Positions 24,201 to 36,543 of a stretch of DNA of 39,313 nt are shown here, in pieces. Position 1 is the stretch's first letter; the number at the start of each line of letters is the position of its first letter. The notes under the pieces were generated by a model, which was given only the letters and a program-made list of their open reading frames with translations, searched no databases and was not told the DNA's origin. Source of the DNA: Rhynchopus sp. YZ270_cl-10 (lineage: Eukaryota); the NCBI GenBank assembly GCA_964035575.1, contig OZ037840.1, positions 1,860,001-1,899,313 of the forward strand, in the 5' to 3' direction. The position numbers and the translations under genes were made by a program.

Positions 24201-27200
24201 GTCGGGAGCCTTTTTTTTGGATGTTGGTGGTGAGGTGTCTTTAGGTGTTTCACCTGCAGTTGTCTTCTTTGTCTCCTTATCTTCCTTGATCTCACCCTCA
24301 ACCTCCTTCTCCCCCTTGAACAAATATTTGAAAAGGTATTTCGCAGCTAGAATCCCGCGCACTGCCTCAACATTGATGTGGCATTGGTATCTCAGGAGAA
24401 GATAGGCGTTGTATGGAACCACCCACCTGTTGCTCCTCTGATTTGGATGTGTGGTTTCCCCTTTGTGTTTGTCCTTCCACCTCTTCACAACGTCTGGATC
24501 CACGTATGACAGTCTTCCATCATCCCTTCTTCGGACGTCTGCATAGCCATCGCGTTGAATTCCTGTACTATGGCTGAAGTCCTTTGGGAAGTTGGATTTG
24601 CAGTGGCATTTTCCATCCTTCCCCCTCTGGAGGCAGGGTGAGGCTCTGTTCCTGAGGCAGTCAGTGTGCATGACGTACTCACTGACGGCTCTGTACAGGT
24701 TGGGGTGGGTTTCATGGTTCGGAATCTCAGCATGCACCACGTGGTCCACATTGAAAGGGTCCTTTGGTGAAGTTTTTTTGTTGTTCCACAATATCGCATG
24801 GCAATGAGGGAGCCCCCTCTTCTGGTACTCTGTTACCATCACCATTGCAATGTTCTCACCAAGAACATTTTTTTTGCGTATGTCATTCACAAGCTCCTTC
24901 ACCTTAAGGTCAAATACTCTGTGAACCAGATCCGGTCTGTCAAGTGCTGTTTCATTTTGCAGAAGGTTTGACTGGATCTCCTCCCACATTGGGTTGCAGG
25001 TCATTGTTAAGAAGTAGTCGGCCTTGCCATACTTTGCGTAGATAGAAAGGGTATCATTCAGCAGCTGCGCACGCGCTGGCATTCCTCTTTCAAATGATGT
25101 CGGCATTGAGATCTCATTTGTTGGCGGAATCTGCTTCCCAGACACAATATCCTTTTTTTGTGCATAACCCATCCCCCTTCCAACAATGTGGTACTTCAGA
25201 CGCTGATATATGCTGCGCATTGCCAAGTCTATGAAAAATTGTTGTGTGAGAGTTCCTTGCATGAGAAGAGGGTTGTAGGAGAGCTCATCTTTGTCTTCGT
25301 TCGGGCGGTGATGCATCTGGTATGCGGCATACTGCTTTGCGGAAACGAATGTTGCAGAGGGTGTTGTATCTTCAAGGTTATTAGCGTTTCTTAGAACCTC
25401 ATGCATTGCGTCCACAGCGTTGTCTGCTTCTGCACCATCATCACATTCCTCTACAGTTTCTTCGTGCACGTCTTCGTCCATCTTTTCATCGTTGGCAGGT
25501 AGGTTTCTATCGTCTGAATCTTCTTGCTTCATGCCATCATCCCGCATGTTGTCATTCTCTTCACCATTTTGTTCATTTTCATTGCTGTTTTGTGTTGTAG
25601 AATCTGAATCTTCACTGTCAGCAGTTGCGGCAACTGGAACTACAATTCTGTGAGGAATTTTGAGGCGGAATCCATCATGCTCTGTGGGATACAGAAATTG
25701 CAATGGGTATGCCAATAGCTCATAGAGCTGGTTAAAGTCATCGATGATGACTGGTGAGTTCCACTTGGCATCCTTCCCCCTGTTATTATCAGAAGACGTA
25801 AATAAGGGGTAGACCGTGAATCTGCGCTCCTGAGGTGCGTCTTCATTTATGGTGTAGAAAAGCTTCACAGCCCCCTTTGCCTCATCGGTGGTGTACTCTG
25901 ATCCTGTCTTGCTTTTCAGCACTTCATTGAAGTCGATCTTCAGCTTTTTCAGCTCCTCCTCCTTCCCTTTATACTGCTGGGCAATCGTTTTAAATTGGGA
26001 AGCAAATGCATTGTTTCCCAGAAGAATATGACATATTTCAGCAAGCTGCCTCAGGTTTTCTGGGAGAATTTCACCATTCATGCTTTTGTGGTTATTAGGA
26101 TCAGCAAACCATGACTCTGCTACATCAGTGTCTGAAAAAGTGTACTTCTTCATTCCCCTCCCTTCTACTGACACTGCGGCTATGCCCGTGTTTGGCACAC
26201 GGCTGTCACGGCGCATTTTTCCCTCCACCATGGCGAAGTGTGCATTGAGAATCATGGCGAACTTTTTGTACTGTTTGTTCTTGAGAAGGGACAGATGCTC
26301 TTGGTTGAGGATTTTGACCTGAGGCAGCGACACCTTCCCACCAGTGCAGCATATTCGAGATGTCTCTCCAGGAAACAGCAACGCAGCACAATGCTTACAC
26401 CGCCGATCCATCCTTCCACAGGAGTGTTTCTCTGTTTTGTCATCAACCTCCTCCGGAAGGGCCGCCCCTTTGTGCCGATAGGTGAAAATCTTCCTGACTC
26501 CCTTGCTTTGTAGCTTTTTGGACAGCTCAGTTATTTTCTGTTCCAGGATGCTGGGGAAGTTTTCCAAAAGGAAGCGTGATTCTTCAAACAAAGTACCGGA
26601 AAGCTCTTCGACCTCAAGAGCAAGATCCCTCTCAAAATCACTATCAGACTTCTCAAGATCCTCCATCAGGCCATGCTCTTTTTTTGTGAGATCCTTCATG
26701 TTTCTAATTTGGCGTGCACTCCATACGGATCGTGCCTCCTCCGGACAACTTGGGTCAAACATCATATTCGAGCGTGGGTCCACGTCTCTCAGTGCAGTAA
26801 AGCTGGCATCATTCTGAAGTAAATTCAGCTTCACCCGAACCTCCTCAAGCTCATCAAGACTGGTGTAGATTGGTTCTCTATCTGTTCTTAGTGCCTTATA
26901 CTTCCTGATGTCCCATCTTTTCTTCATGATATCCACAAAGCAGTCGTTGAAGGTATGTGATTTGTCCTGTGGTGGTTCTGATCGTAGTAACGGCACGTTC
27001 CTATGACACCATAGTAGAACAATTTGGAACTTTGTCAGATTTTGCTGTGTGGCATAGTGAGGCCTTGCAGAAGTCTTCTGCCCAGAAACGCGGAACATTT
27101 CTTCTGTATGAAACGTCCAGGAGGATAATGGGCTGTCTCCCATGTGAAGAGCTCTTGGCAGCTCTGCTGCTGTCAAACACAATGCTGCTGCAATAAACGC

Positions 27201-27932
27201 GGACTCTGCAGGTGTAGAAGAATTCGTTTTGTGGTGCGGAAGTGCTAATGGAGACTCATCTGCTTGGAGAAATATGTTAGACCTATAGCGGGACCTTCCG
27301 TTCAGTACTCTGTATCGGATGCATAATGGTACATGATTATGCAGTGAATGCACATCTGTAAATTGATAATAACAATACTGACATTGTGTTTTGCATGTTG
27401 CCTCATGTGCAGTAAGGTTTTTGACGTCATCAAACTCTTCTCCGCAATGCTGACAGCATATCTTTCCTAGGCACATGTGGTTTTCTTCGTGCGCCTGTTC
27501 ACACAGTGCACACACCTTCGCACATTTTTGAAGGTGCTCATTGAGTTTCCATACATTTTTGTAAGAAGCATGACATTGTGAACATGAAAATCGGTCATCT
27601 GTAACCTTGGGCTTCTTCTGGGGTGGGGCCTGCTGAAATTGTCCTGCGCAGTTCTTTTGGTGTTTGTACCTCGCATCCCGAGAGGGAAACCTCACTCGGC
27701 ACTTTGCACAAGTTGCTTTGCACTTCTTTGAGTTTTTGTGAGCCTTTATACCCTTCCCAACTAAGGACGCACCACAGTTGTCGCACAAGAATCCCTTCTG
27801 GTCCTCTTCTTCATCATCCTCTCTCTTTCGTTTTGGAGAAACTCCTTCATCATGTTCTTCTGTTGTATTTGTATTTGCCTTCTTCTGAGTGTGTCCATCA
27901 TCAGATCCTGTCCCGCTCCGTTGTCTTTTCAT
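20561..27932 (-). CDS. Helitron RepHel transposase (ZnF - HUH Rep - PIF1-family SF1B helicase) with a spliced C-terminal OTU domain; exons 27932-21388, 21339-21265, 21211-20972, 20915-20561
   Basis: Rep motifs: YFLTMTCNPMWEEI, EYQKRGLPHCHAILW, NRWVVPYN, KYLFKYLFKG. Helicase motifs: GAAGTGKT, GGRTAHSRFKIP, IVWDEVVM, FGGVTVLLGGDFRQILPV, QFPVRLSFAMTINKSQGQTL, LYVAMSRV. RepHel identity is high confidence; the 3' exons are inferred from GTATG..CAG introns. Confidence 0.95.
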
Positions 27933-28460
27933 TTTTTTATGAAAGGTAAAGTCTCCCCCAGACCACTGTTATGTGAGTTTTGAATAGTTGTGATAAATTG
28001 CTAGAAATTGAAATTAAAAAGAAAAATGGTTACTGGGAGAAAAATTTGCGTTTTCAAGAAGGAAAATAGAAATTGAAACCGCACCATACTTTTCCTATTT
28101 ATGTTTTTCCCCCACCCCCGAAAACAATAAAGCAATAAAAACAATAAAGACAAAAGGGAGAGGTTGTTGTGAAACGCACACACCTCGACCTGTCGGTGAA
28201 ATGTGGCTCTACTCCAACCCGCCACGGATTAGAAAAATGGAAAAAAGGATAGGAGTAGGGAGCGGTGTTCAATTTCCTTTTAGCATTGCATGTAATCATA
28301 AAAAATAAAATGAAAAATAAATTTTGAACTTTGAACAAAAGGTAAAACCAATCTGCATGTGCATAGAAAAAAGGGGAACCCATATTTTTGCGCAGGAAGA
28401 AGTAATTTGCACATTCTCTGCGATAAGAAATACCCCCAAACAAAAAATAAAAATTATTCT

Positions 28461-29025
28461 CTAATGATGTGCTTTATTGTGCTGGAAAAGAGCACCTTTG
28501 TGTTGAAATTCCCTTCCCCTCCAAGTACTAGAGCATTCGTGAGCATAACACGTCTTTGCTATTTTTTCGTCTTCTGCTGCTTCGCGCTTTCTCTTTCTCT
28601 CTAGCTCCTGTTGAGTTTGAGTTGTTGAAAGTGATACTTGAAAAGTTGATACATACCTTTTTCATGTCCTGACACAGAAGGAACACTTCGTTCAGCTGTT
28701 CCTTGAGATCTGAGACAGTCTGTTTCACCTCTTTCAGCTCTTCAGTCACTGAGGAAAAGCTTTCTGCAGAAACAGGAATTTCCAATGCAGCGCCCTCTTC
28801 TGACGGAAGCACAGAGTACTTCTGAGTTTGCTCTTCTGTTTTAACGCCTTGCTCCTGTACCTTAGTTAGTACTGTCTCATTCTTCTGGGAGCACACTGGA
28901 ATTGGTGGCAATTCCTCATTCTCATGAGGAGCTTGATCCTGCACATTGAACACAGGCAACATGCTTGGTGCATCTTTCTTCTGCACAAAGGGCACTGGCT
29001 TCCGCTTAATCTTCATGGTGTTCAT
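28461..29025 (-). CDS. Coiled-coil plus C-terminal C2H2 zinc-finger protein, 171 aa; exons 29025-28657 and 28607-28461
   Basis: Removing the 49-nt GTATGT..CAACAG intron (28656-28608) gives ...CQDMKK|ELERKRKREAAEDEKIAKTCYAHECSSTWRGREFQHKGALFQHNKAHH*. Heptad-like stretch EELKEVKQTVSDLKEQLNEV. Confidence 0.8.
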
Positions 29026-29232
29026 AGTTTTTGAGAAATAGTTCACCTGTTTTTGGTGTGTGAGTACAAAAATGCTATGAAAAGAGAAGTGAGGGGTGAG
29101 CCAAGGTCAATCATTTTTCTATTCAATTTTTTCGGCTTTCACATTTGTAAAAATGCAAAACCTTCAGACAATAAAAAAAGGTTCTCTTCACAACCACACC
29201 AGCCTCCTACATTTTAGCGAGCTTTCTTCTAG

Positions 29233-29384
29233 TGCGGGTTTGCGGGTTTGCGGGTTTGCGGGTTTGCGGGTTTGCGGGTTTGCGGGTTTGCGGGTTTGCG
29301 GGTTTGCGGGTTTGCGGGTTTGCGGGTTTGCGGGTTTGCGGGTTTGCGGGTTTGCGGGTTTGCGGGTTTGCGGGTTTGCGGGTT
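29233..29384 (+). repeat. (TGCGGGTT)19 telomere-like array
   Basis: Perfect octamer tandem after the conserved leader. Confidence 0.97.
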
Positions 29385-29429
29385 ACTCTCTGTATATTAC
29401 CGCGTTTCAGGTAGCTGAGCCGGCATCTA

Positions 29430-32400
29430 GTTGCGGGTGTGGCGGGTCTGCGGGTCTGCGGGTCTGCGGGTCTGCGGGTCTGCGGGTGTGGTGTGTGTGG
29501 GTGTGGCGGGTCTGCGGGTCTGCGGGTCTGCGGGTCTGCGGGTCTGCGGGTGTGGTGTGTGTGGGTGTGGCGGGTCTGCGGGTCTGCGGGTCTGCGGGTC
29601 TGCGGGTGTGGTGTGTGTGGGTGTGGCGGGTCTGCGGGTCTGCGGGTCTGCGGGTCTGCGGGTCTGCGGGTGTGGTGTGTGTGGGTGTGGCGGGTCTGCG
29701 GGTCTGCGGGTCGGCGGGTCTGCGGGTCTGCGGGTCTGCGGGTCTGCGGGTGTGGTGTGTGTGGGTGTGGCGGGTCTGCGGGTCTGCGGGTCTGCGGGTC
29801 TGCGGGTGTGGTGTGTGTGGGTGTGGCGGGTCTGCGGGTCTGCGGGTCTGCGGGTCTGCGGGTCTGCGGGTGTGGTGTGTGTGGGTGTGGCGGGTCTGCG
29901 GGTCTGCGGGTCTGCGGGTCTGCGGGTCTGCGGGTGTGGTGTGTGTGGGTGTGGCGGGTCTGCGGGTCTGCGGGTCGGCGGGTCTGCGGGTGTGGTGTGT
30001 GTGGGTGTGGCGGGTCTGCGGGTCTGCGGGTCTGCGGGTCTGCGGGTGTGGTGTGTGTGGGTGTGGCGGGTCTGCGGGTCTGCGGGTCGGCGGGTCTGCG
30101 GGTCTGCGGGTCTGCGGGTCGGCGGGTCTGCGGGTGTGGTGTGTGTGGGTGTGGCGGGTCTGCGGGTCTGCGGGTCTGCGGGTCTGCGGGTCTGCGGGTC
30201 TGCGGGTGTGGTGTGTGTGGGTGTGGCGGGTCTGCGGGTCTGCGGGTCGGCGGGTCTGCGGGTGTGGTGTGTGTGGGTGTGGCGGGTCTGCGGGTCTGCG
30301 GGTCTGCGGGTGTGGTGTGTGTGGGTGTGGCGGGTCTGCGGGTCTGCGGGTCGGCGGGTCTGCGGGTGTGGTGTGTGTGGGTGTGGCGGGTCTGCGGGTC
30401 TGCGGGTCGGCGGGTCTGCGGGTGTGGTGTGTGTGGGTGTGGCGGGTCTGCGGGTCTGCGGGTCTGCGGGTCTGCGGGTCTGCGGGTCTGCGGGTCTGCG
30501 GGTCTGCGGGTCTGCGGGTCTGCGGGTCTGCGGGTCTGCGGGTCTGCGGGTCTGCGGGTCTGCGGGTCTGCGGGTCTGCGGGTCTGCGGGTCTGCGGGTC
30601 TGCGGGTCTGCGGGTCTGCGGGTCTGCGGGTCTGCGGGTCTGCGGGTCTGCGGGTCTGCGGGTCTGCGGGTCTGCGGGTGTGGTGTGTGTGGGTGTGGCG
30701 GGTCTGCGGGTCTGCGGGTCGGCGGATCTGCGGGTGTGGTGTGTGTGGGTGTGGCGGGTCTGCGGGTCTGCGGGTCGGCGGGTCTGCGGGTGTGGTGTGT
30801 GTGGGTGTGGCGGGTCTGCGGGTCTGCGGGTCTGCGGGTCTGCGGGTCTGCGGGTCTGCGGGTGTGGTGTGTGTGGGTGTGGCGGGTCTGCGGGTCTGCG
30901 GGTCGGCGGGTCTGCGGGTGTGGTGTGTGTGGGTGTGGCGGGTCTGCGGGTCTGCGGGTCTGCGGGTCTGCGGGTGTGGTGTGTGTGGGTGTGGCGGGTC
31001 TGCGGGTCTGCGGGTCGGCGGGTCTGCGGGTGTGGTGTGTGTGGGTGTGGCGGGTCTGCGGGTCTGCGGGTCTGCGGGTCTGCGGGTGTGGTGTGTGTGG
31101 GTGTGGCGGGTCTGCGGGTCTGCGGGTCGGCGGGTCTGCGGGTCTGCGGGTGTGGTGTGTGTGGGTGTGGCGGGTCTGCGGGTCTGCGGGTCTGCGGGTC
31201 TGCGGGTCTGCGGGTCTGCGGGTCTGCGGGTGTGGTGTGTGTGGGTGTGGCGGGTCTGCGGGTCGGCGGGTCTGCGGGTCTGCGGGTCTGCGGGTCTGCG
31301 GGTCTGCGGGTCTGCGGGTCTGCGGGTGTGGTGTGTGTGGGTGTGGCGGGTCTGCGGGTCTGCGGGTCGGCGGGTCTGCGGGTCTGCGGGTGTGGTGTGT
31401 GTGGGTGTGGCGGGTCTGCGGGTCTGCGGGTCTGCGGGTCTGCGGGTGTGGTGTGTGTGGGTGTGGCGGGTCTGCGGGTCTGCGGGTCTGCGGGTCTGCG
31501 GGTCTGCGGGTCTGCGGGTGTGGTGTGTGTGGGTGTGGCGGGTCTGCGGGTCTGCGGGTCGGCGGGTCTGCGGGTGTGGTGTGTGTGGGTGTGGCGGGTC
31601 TGCGGGTCTGCGGGTCGGCGGGTCTGCGGGTCTGCGGGTCTGCGGGTCTGCGGGTCTGCGGGTCTGCGGGTCTGCGGGTCTGCGGGTCTGCGGGTCTGCG
31701 GGTCTGCGGGTCTGCGGGTCTGCGGGTCTGCGGGTCTGCGGGTCTGCGGGTCTGCGGGCCTGCGGGTCTGCGGGTCTGCGGGTCTGCGGGTCTGCGGGTG
31801 TGGTGTGTGTGGGTGTGGCGGGTCTGCGGGTCTGCGGGTCGGCGGATCTGCGGGTATGGTGTGTGTGGGTGTGGCGGGTCTGCGGGTCTGCGGGTCGGCG
31901 GGTCTGCGGGTGTGGTGTGTGTGGGTGTGGCGGGTCTGCGGGTCTGCGGGTCTGCGGGTCTGCGGGTCTGCGGGTCTGCGGGTGTGGTGTGTGTGGGTGT
32001 GGCGGGTCTGCGGGTCTGCGGGTCGGCGGGTCTGCGGGTGTGGTGTGTGTGGGTGTGGCGGGTCTGCGGGTCTGCGGGTCTGCGGGTCTGCGGGTGTGGT
32101 GTGTGTGGGTGTGGCGGGTCTGCGGGTCTGCGGGTCGGCGGGTCTGCGGGTGTGGTGTGTGTGGGTGTGGCGGGTCTGCGGGTCTGCGGGTCTGCGGGTC
32201 TGCGGGTGTGGTGTGTGTGGGTGTGGCGGGTCTGCGGGTCTGCGGGTCGGCGGGTCTGCGGGTCTGCGGGTGTGGTGTGTGTGGGTGTGGCGGGTCTGCG
32301 GGTCTGCGGGTCTGCGGGTCTGCGGGTCTGCGGGTCTGCGGGTCTGCGGGTCTGCGGGTGTGGTGTGTGTGGGTGTGGCGGGTCTGCGGGTCGGCGGGTC

Positions 32401-35100
32401 TGCGGGTCTGCGGGTCTGCGGGTCTGCGGGTCTGCGGGTCTGCGGGTCTGCGGGTGTGGTGTGTGTGGGTGTGGCGGGTCTGCGGGTCTGCGGGTCGGCG
32501 GGTCTGCGGGTCTGCGGGTGTGGTGTGTGTGGGTGTGGCGGGTCTGCGGGTCTGCGGGTCTGCGGGTCTGCGGGTGTGGTGTGTGTGGGTGTGGCGGGTC
32601 TGCGGGTCTGCGGGTCTGCGGGTCTGCGGGTCTGCGGGTCTGCGGGTGTGGTGTGTGTGGGTGTGGCGGGTCTGCGGGTCTGCGGGTCTGCGGGTGTGGT
32701 GTGTGTGGGTGTGGCGGGTCTGCGGGTCTGCGGGTCGGCGGGTCTGCGGGTGTGGTGTGTGTGGGTGTGGCGGGTCTGCGGGTCTGCGGGTCGGCGGGTC
32801 TGCGGGTCTGCGGGTCTGCGGGTCTGCGGGTCTGCGGGTCTGCGGGTCTGCGGGTCTGCGGGTCTGCGGGTCTGCGGGTCTGCGGGTCTGCGGGTCTGCG
32901 GGTCTGCGGGTCTGCGGGTCTGCGGGTCTGCGGGCCTGCGGGTCTGCGGGTCTGCGGGTCTGCGGGTCTGCGGGTGTGGTGTGTGTGGGTGTGGCGGGTC
33001 TGCGGGTCTGCGGGTCGGCGGATCTGCGGGTATGGTGTGTGTGGGTGTGGCGGGTCTGCGGGTCTGCGGGTCGGCGGGTCTGCGGGTGTGGTGTGTGTGG
33101 GTGTGGCGGGTCTGCGGGTCTGCGGGTCTGCGGGTCTGCGGGTCTGCGGGTCTGCGGGTGTGGTGTGTGTGGGTGTGGCGGGTCTGCGGGTCTGCGGGTC
33201 GGCGGGTCTGCGGGTGTGGTGTGTGTGGGTGTGGCGGGTCTGCGGGTCTGCGGGTCTGCGGGTCTGCGGGTGTGGTGTGTGTGGGTGTGGCGGGTCTGCG
33301 GGTCTGCGGGTCGGCGGGTCTGCGGGTGTGGTGTGTGTGGGTGTGGCGGGTCTGCGGGTCTGCGGGTGTGGTGTGTGTGGGTGTGGCGGGTCTGCGGGTC
33401 TGCGGGTCGGCGGGTCTGCGGGTCTGCGGGTGTGGTGTGTGTGGGTGTGGCGGGTCTGCGGGTCTGCGGGTCTGCGGGTCGGCGGGTCTGCGGGTCTGCG
33501 GGTCTGCGGGTCTGCGGGTCTGCGGGTCTGCGGGTCTGCGGGTCTGCGGGTCTGCGGGTCTGCGGGTCTGCGGGTCTGCGGGTCTGCGGGTCTGCGGGTC
33601 TGCGGGTCTGCGGGTCTGCGGGCCTGCGGGTCTGCGGGTCTGCGGGTCTGCGGGTCTGCGGGTGTGGTGTGTGTGGGTGTGGCGGGTCTGCGGGTCTGCG
33701 GGTCGGCGGATCTGCGGGTATGGTGTGTGTGGGTGTGGCGGGTCTGCGGGTCTGCGGGTCGGCGGGTCTGCGGGTGTGGTGTGTGTGGGTGTGGCGGGTC
33801 TGCGGGTCTGCGGGTCTGCGGGTCTGCGGGTGTGGTGTGTGTGGGTGTGGCGGGTCTGCGGGTCTGCGGGTCGGCGGGTCTGCGGGTGTGGTGTGTGTGG
33901 GTGTGGCGGGTCTGCGGGTCTGCGGGTCTGCGGGTCTGCGGGTGTGGTGTGTGTGGGTGTGGCGGGTCTGCGGGTCTGCGGGTCGGCGGGTCTGCGGGTG
34001 TGGTGTGTGTGGGTGTGGCGGGTCTGCGGGTCTGCGGGTGTGGTGTGTGTGGGTGTGGCGGGTCTGCGGGTCTGCGGGTCGGCGGGTCTGCGGGTCTGCG
34101 GGTGTGGTGTGTGTGGGTGTGGCGGGTCTGCGGGTCTGCGGGTCTGCGGGTCTGCGGGTCTGCGGGTCTGCGGGTCTGCGGGTGTGGTGTGTGTGGGTGT
34201 GGCGGGTCTGCGGGTCGGCGGGTCTGCGGGTCTGCGGGTCTGCGGGTCTGCGGGTCTGCGGGTCTGCGGGTCTGCGGGTGTGGTGTGTGTGGGTGTGGCG
34301 GGTCTGCGGGTCTGCGGGTCGGCGGGTCTGCGGGTCTGCGGGTGTGGTGTGTGTGGGTGTGGCGGGTCTGCGGGTCTGCGGGTCTGCGGGTCTGCGGGTG
34401 TGGTGTGTGTGGGTGTGGCGGGTCTGCGGGTCTGCGGGTCTGCGGGTCTGCGGGTCTGCGGGTCTGCGGGTGTGGTGTGTGTGGGTGTGGCGGGTCTGCG
34501 GGTCGGCGGGTCTGCGGGTCTGCGGGTCTGCGGGTGTGGTGTGTGTGGGTGTAGCGGGTCTGCGGGTCTGCGGGTCTGCGGGTCTGCGGGTGTGGTGTGT
34601 GTGGGTGTGGCGGGTCTGCGGGTCTGCGGGTGTGGTGTGTGTGGGTGTGGCGGGTCTGCGGGTCTGCGGGTCTGCGGGTCTGCGGGTCTGCGGGTCGGCG
34701 GGTCTGCGGGTGTGGTGTGTGTGGGTGTGGCGGGTCTGCGGGTCTGCGGGTCTGCGGGTCTGCGGGTCTGCGGGTCTGCGGGTAGGCGGGTCTGCGGGTG
34801 TGGTGTGTGTGGGTGTGGCGGGTCTGCGGGTCTGCGGGTCTGCGGGTCTGCGGGTCGGCGGGTCTGCGGGTGTGGTGTGTGTGGGTGTGGCGGGTCTGCG
34901 GGTCTGCGGGTCTGCGGGTCTGCGGGTCTGCGGGTCTGCGGGTCTGCGGGTCTGCGGGTCTGCGGGTCTGCGGGTCTGCGGGTGTGGTGTGTGTGGGTGT
35001 GGCGGGTCTGCGGGTCTGCGGGTCTGCGGGTCTGCGGGTCTGCGGGTGTGGTGTGTGTGGGTGTGGCGGGTCTGTGGCGGGTTTGCGGGTTTGCGGGTTT
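29430..35100 (+). repeat. Composite satellite: (CTGCGGGT)n interrupted by the 24-mer GTGGTGTGTGTGGGTGTGGCGGGT
   Basis: Read directly. CGGCGGGT variants and recurrent rare variants show higher-order duplication. Confidence 0.97.
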
Positions 35101-35101
35101 G

Positions 35102-36543
35102 TGGCAAATGATGGCAAATGATGGCAAATCATGGCAAATTATGGCAAATGATGGCAAATGATGGCAAATGATGCCAATGATGGCAAATCATGGCAAATGA
35201 TGGCAAATCATGGCAAATCTTGGCAAATTATGGCAAATGATGGCAAATGATGGCAAATGATGGCAAATCATGGCAAATGATGGCAAATCATGGCAAATCA
35301 TGGCAAATCATGGCAAATGATGGCAAATCATGGCAAATGATGGCAAATCATGGCAAATCATGGCAAATCATGGCAAATGATGGCAAATCATGGCAAATGA
35401 TGGCAAATGATGGCAAATGATGGCAAATGATGGCAAATCATGGCAAATCTTGGCAAATTATGGCAAATGATGGCAAATGATGGCAAATGATGGCAAATGA
35501 TGGCAAATCATGGCAAATCATGGCAAATTATGGCAAATGATGGCAAATGATGGCAAATGATGGCAAATGATGGCAAATGATGGCAAATGATGGCAAATCA
35601 TGGCAAATCATGGCAAATCATGGCAAATTATGGCAAATGATGGCAAATCATGGCAAATGATGGCAAATGATGGCAAATGATGGCAAATGATGGCAAATCA
35701 TGGCAAATCATGGCAAATCATGGCAAATTATGGCAAATGATGGCAAATCATGGCAAATGATGGCAAATCATGGTAAATCCCAAGTTAGCCATAAAACTGA
35801 TATCCAAAAAAAATTTACAATGTTCGGAAATTTTGAACAGTATTTATGTGGGGTGGTTTTTGGGCCCAAAATATCAACACAGTGTCTCCACTGGGGAAAT
35901 TGCGTCAATTTAAGTGGGATAAGTGCTATGTGGCGAAAAAGATCGAAAATTTTGAAATTTGTTCACTACAGTGGGAAAATAGTGCAAATCATGGCAAAGC
36001 ATGGCAAATCATGGCAAATCATGGCAAATGATGGCAAATGATGGCAAATGATGGCAAATGATGGCAAATGATGGCAAATGATGGCAAATGATGGCAAATG
36101 ATGGCAAATCATGGCAAATCATGGCAAATCATGGTAAATCCCAAGTTAGCCATAAAACTGATATCCAAAAAATATTTACAATGTTCGGAAATTTTGAACA
36201 GTATTTATGTGGGGTGGTTTTTGGGCCCAAAATTTCAACACAGTGTCTCCACTGGGGAAATTGCGTCAATTTAAGTGGGATAAGTGCTATGTGGCGAAAA
36301 AAATCGAAAATTTTGAAATTTGTTCACTACAGTGGGAAAATAGTGCAAATCATGGCAAATCATGGCAAAGCATGGCAAATCATGGCAAATGATGGCAAAT
36401 GATGGCAAATCATGGCAAATCATGGCAAATTATGGCAAATGATGGCAAATCATGGCAAATGATGGGAAATCATGGCAAATGATGGCAAATCATGGCAAAG
36501 CATGGCAAATGATGGCAAATCCTGGCAAATGATGGGAAATCAT
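35102..36543. repeat. (ATGGCAAAT[G/C/T])n 10-bp minisatellite with a duplicated ~210-bp spacer (361-bp offset)
   Basis: Arrays at about 35102-35774, 35984-36135 and 36345-36543. The spacer GGTAAATCCCAAGTTAGCC occurs twice. Confidence 0.96.

Larger units (their letters stand above)
20000..29232 (-). mobile_element. Autonomous Helitron-type cassette (ZnF gene plus RepHel-OTU); termini not defined
   Basis: The right boundary is shared with the second copy (homology ends in the array at 11100 and 29232). The left boundary is approximate. No canonical TC or hairpin-CTRR terminus was identified. Confidence 0.7.

Noticed and set aside
21414..27949. Many plus-strand ORFs overlapping RepHel
   Set aside because: Antisense shadows of the long coding sequence with no recognisable motifs.
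28528..29046. Unspliced 172-aa ORF
   Set aside because: It uses a GTG start and reads through a consensus intron. The spliced model yields a C2H2 finger and is preferred.
29096..35161. Six ORFs of 1700-2000 aa on both strands
   Set aside because: These are translations of a stop-free microsatellite, open in all frames, with no protein-like complexity.
35102..36543. CRISPR-like repeat/spacer appearance
   Set aside because: Repeats are 10-bp tandem units, the two spacers are the same sequence, there are no cas genes, and the context is eukaryotic.
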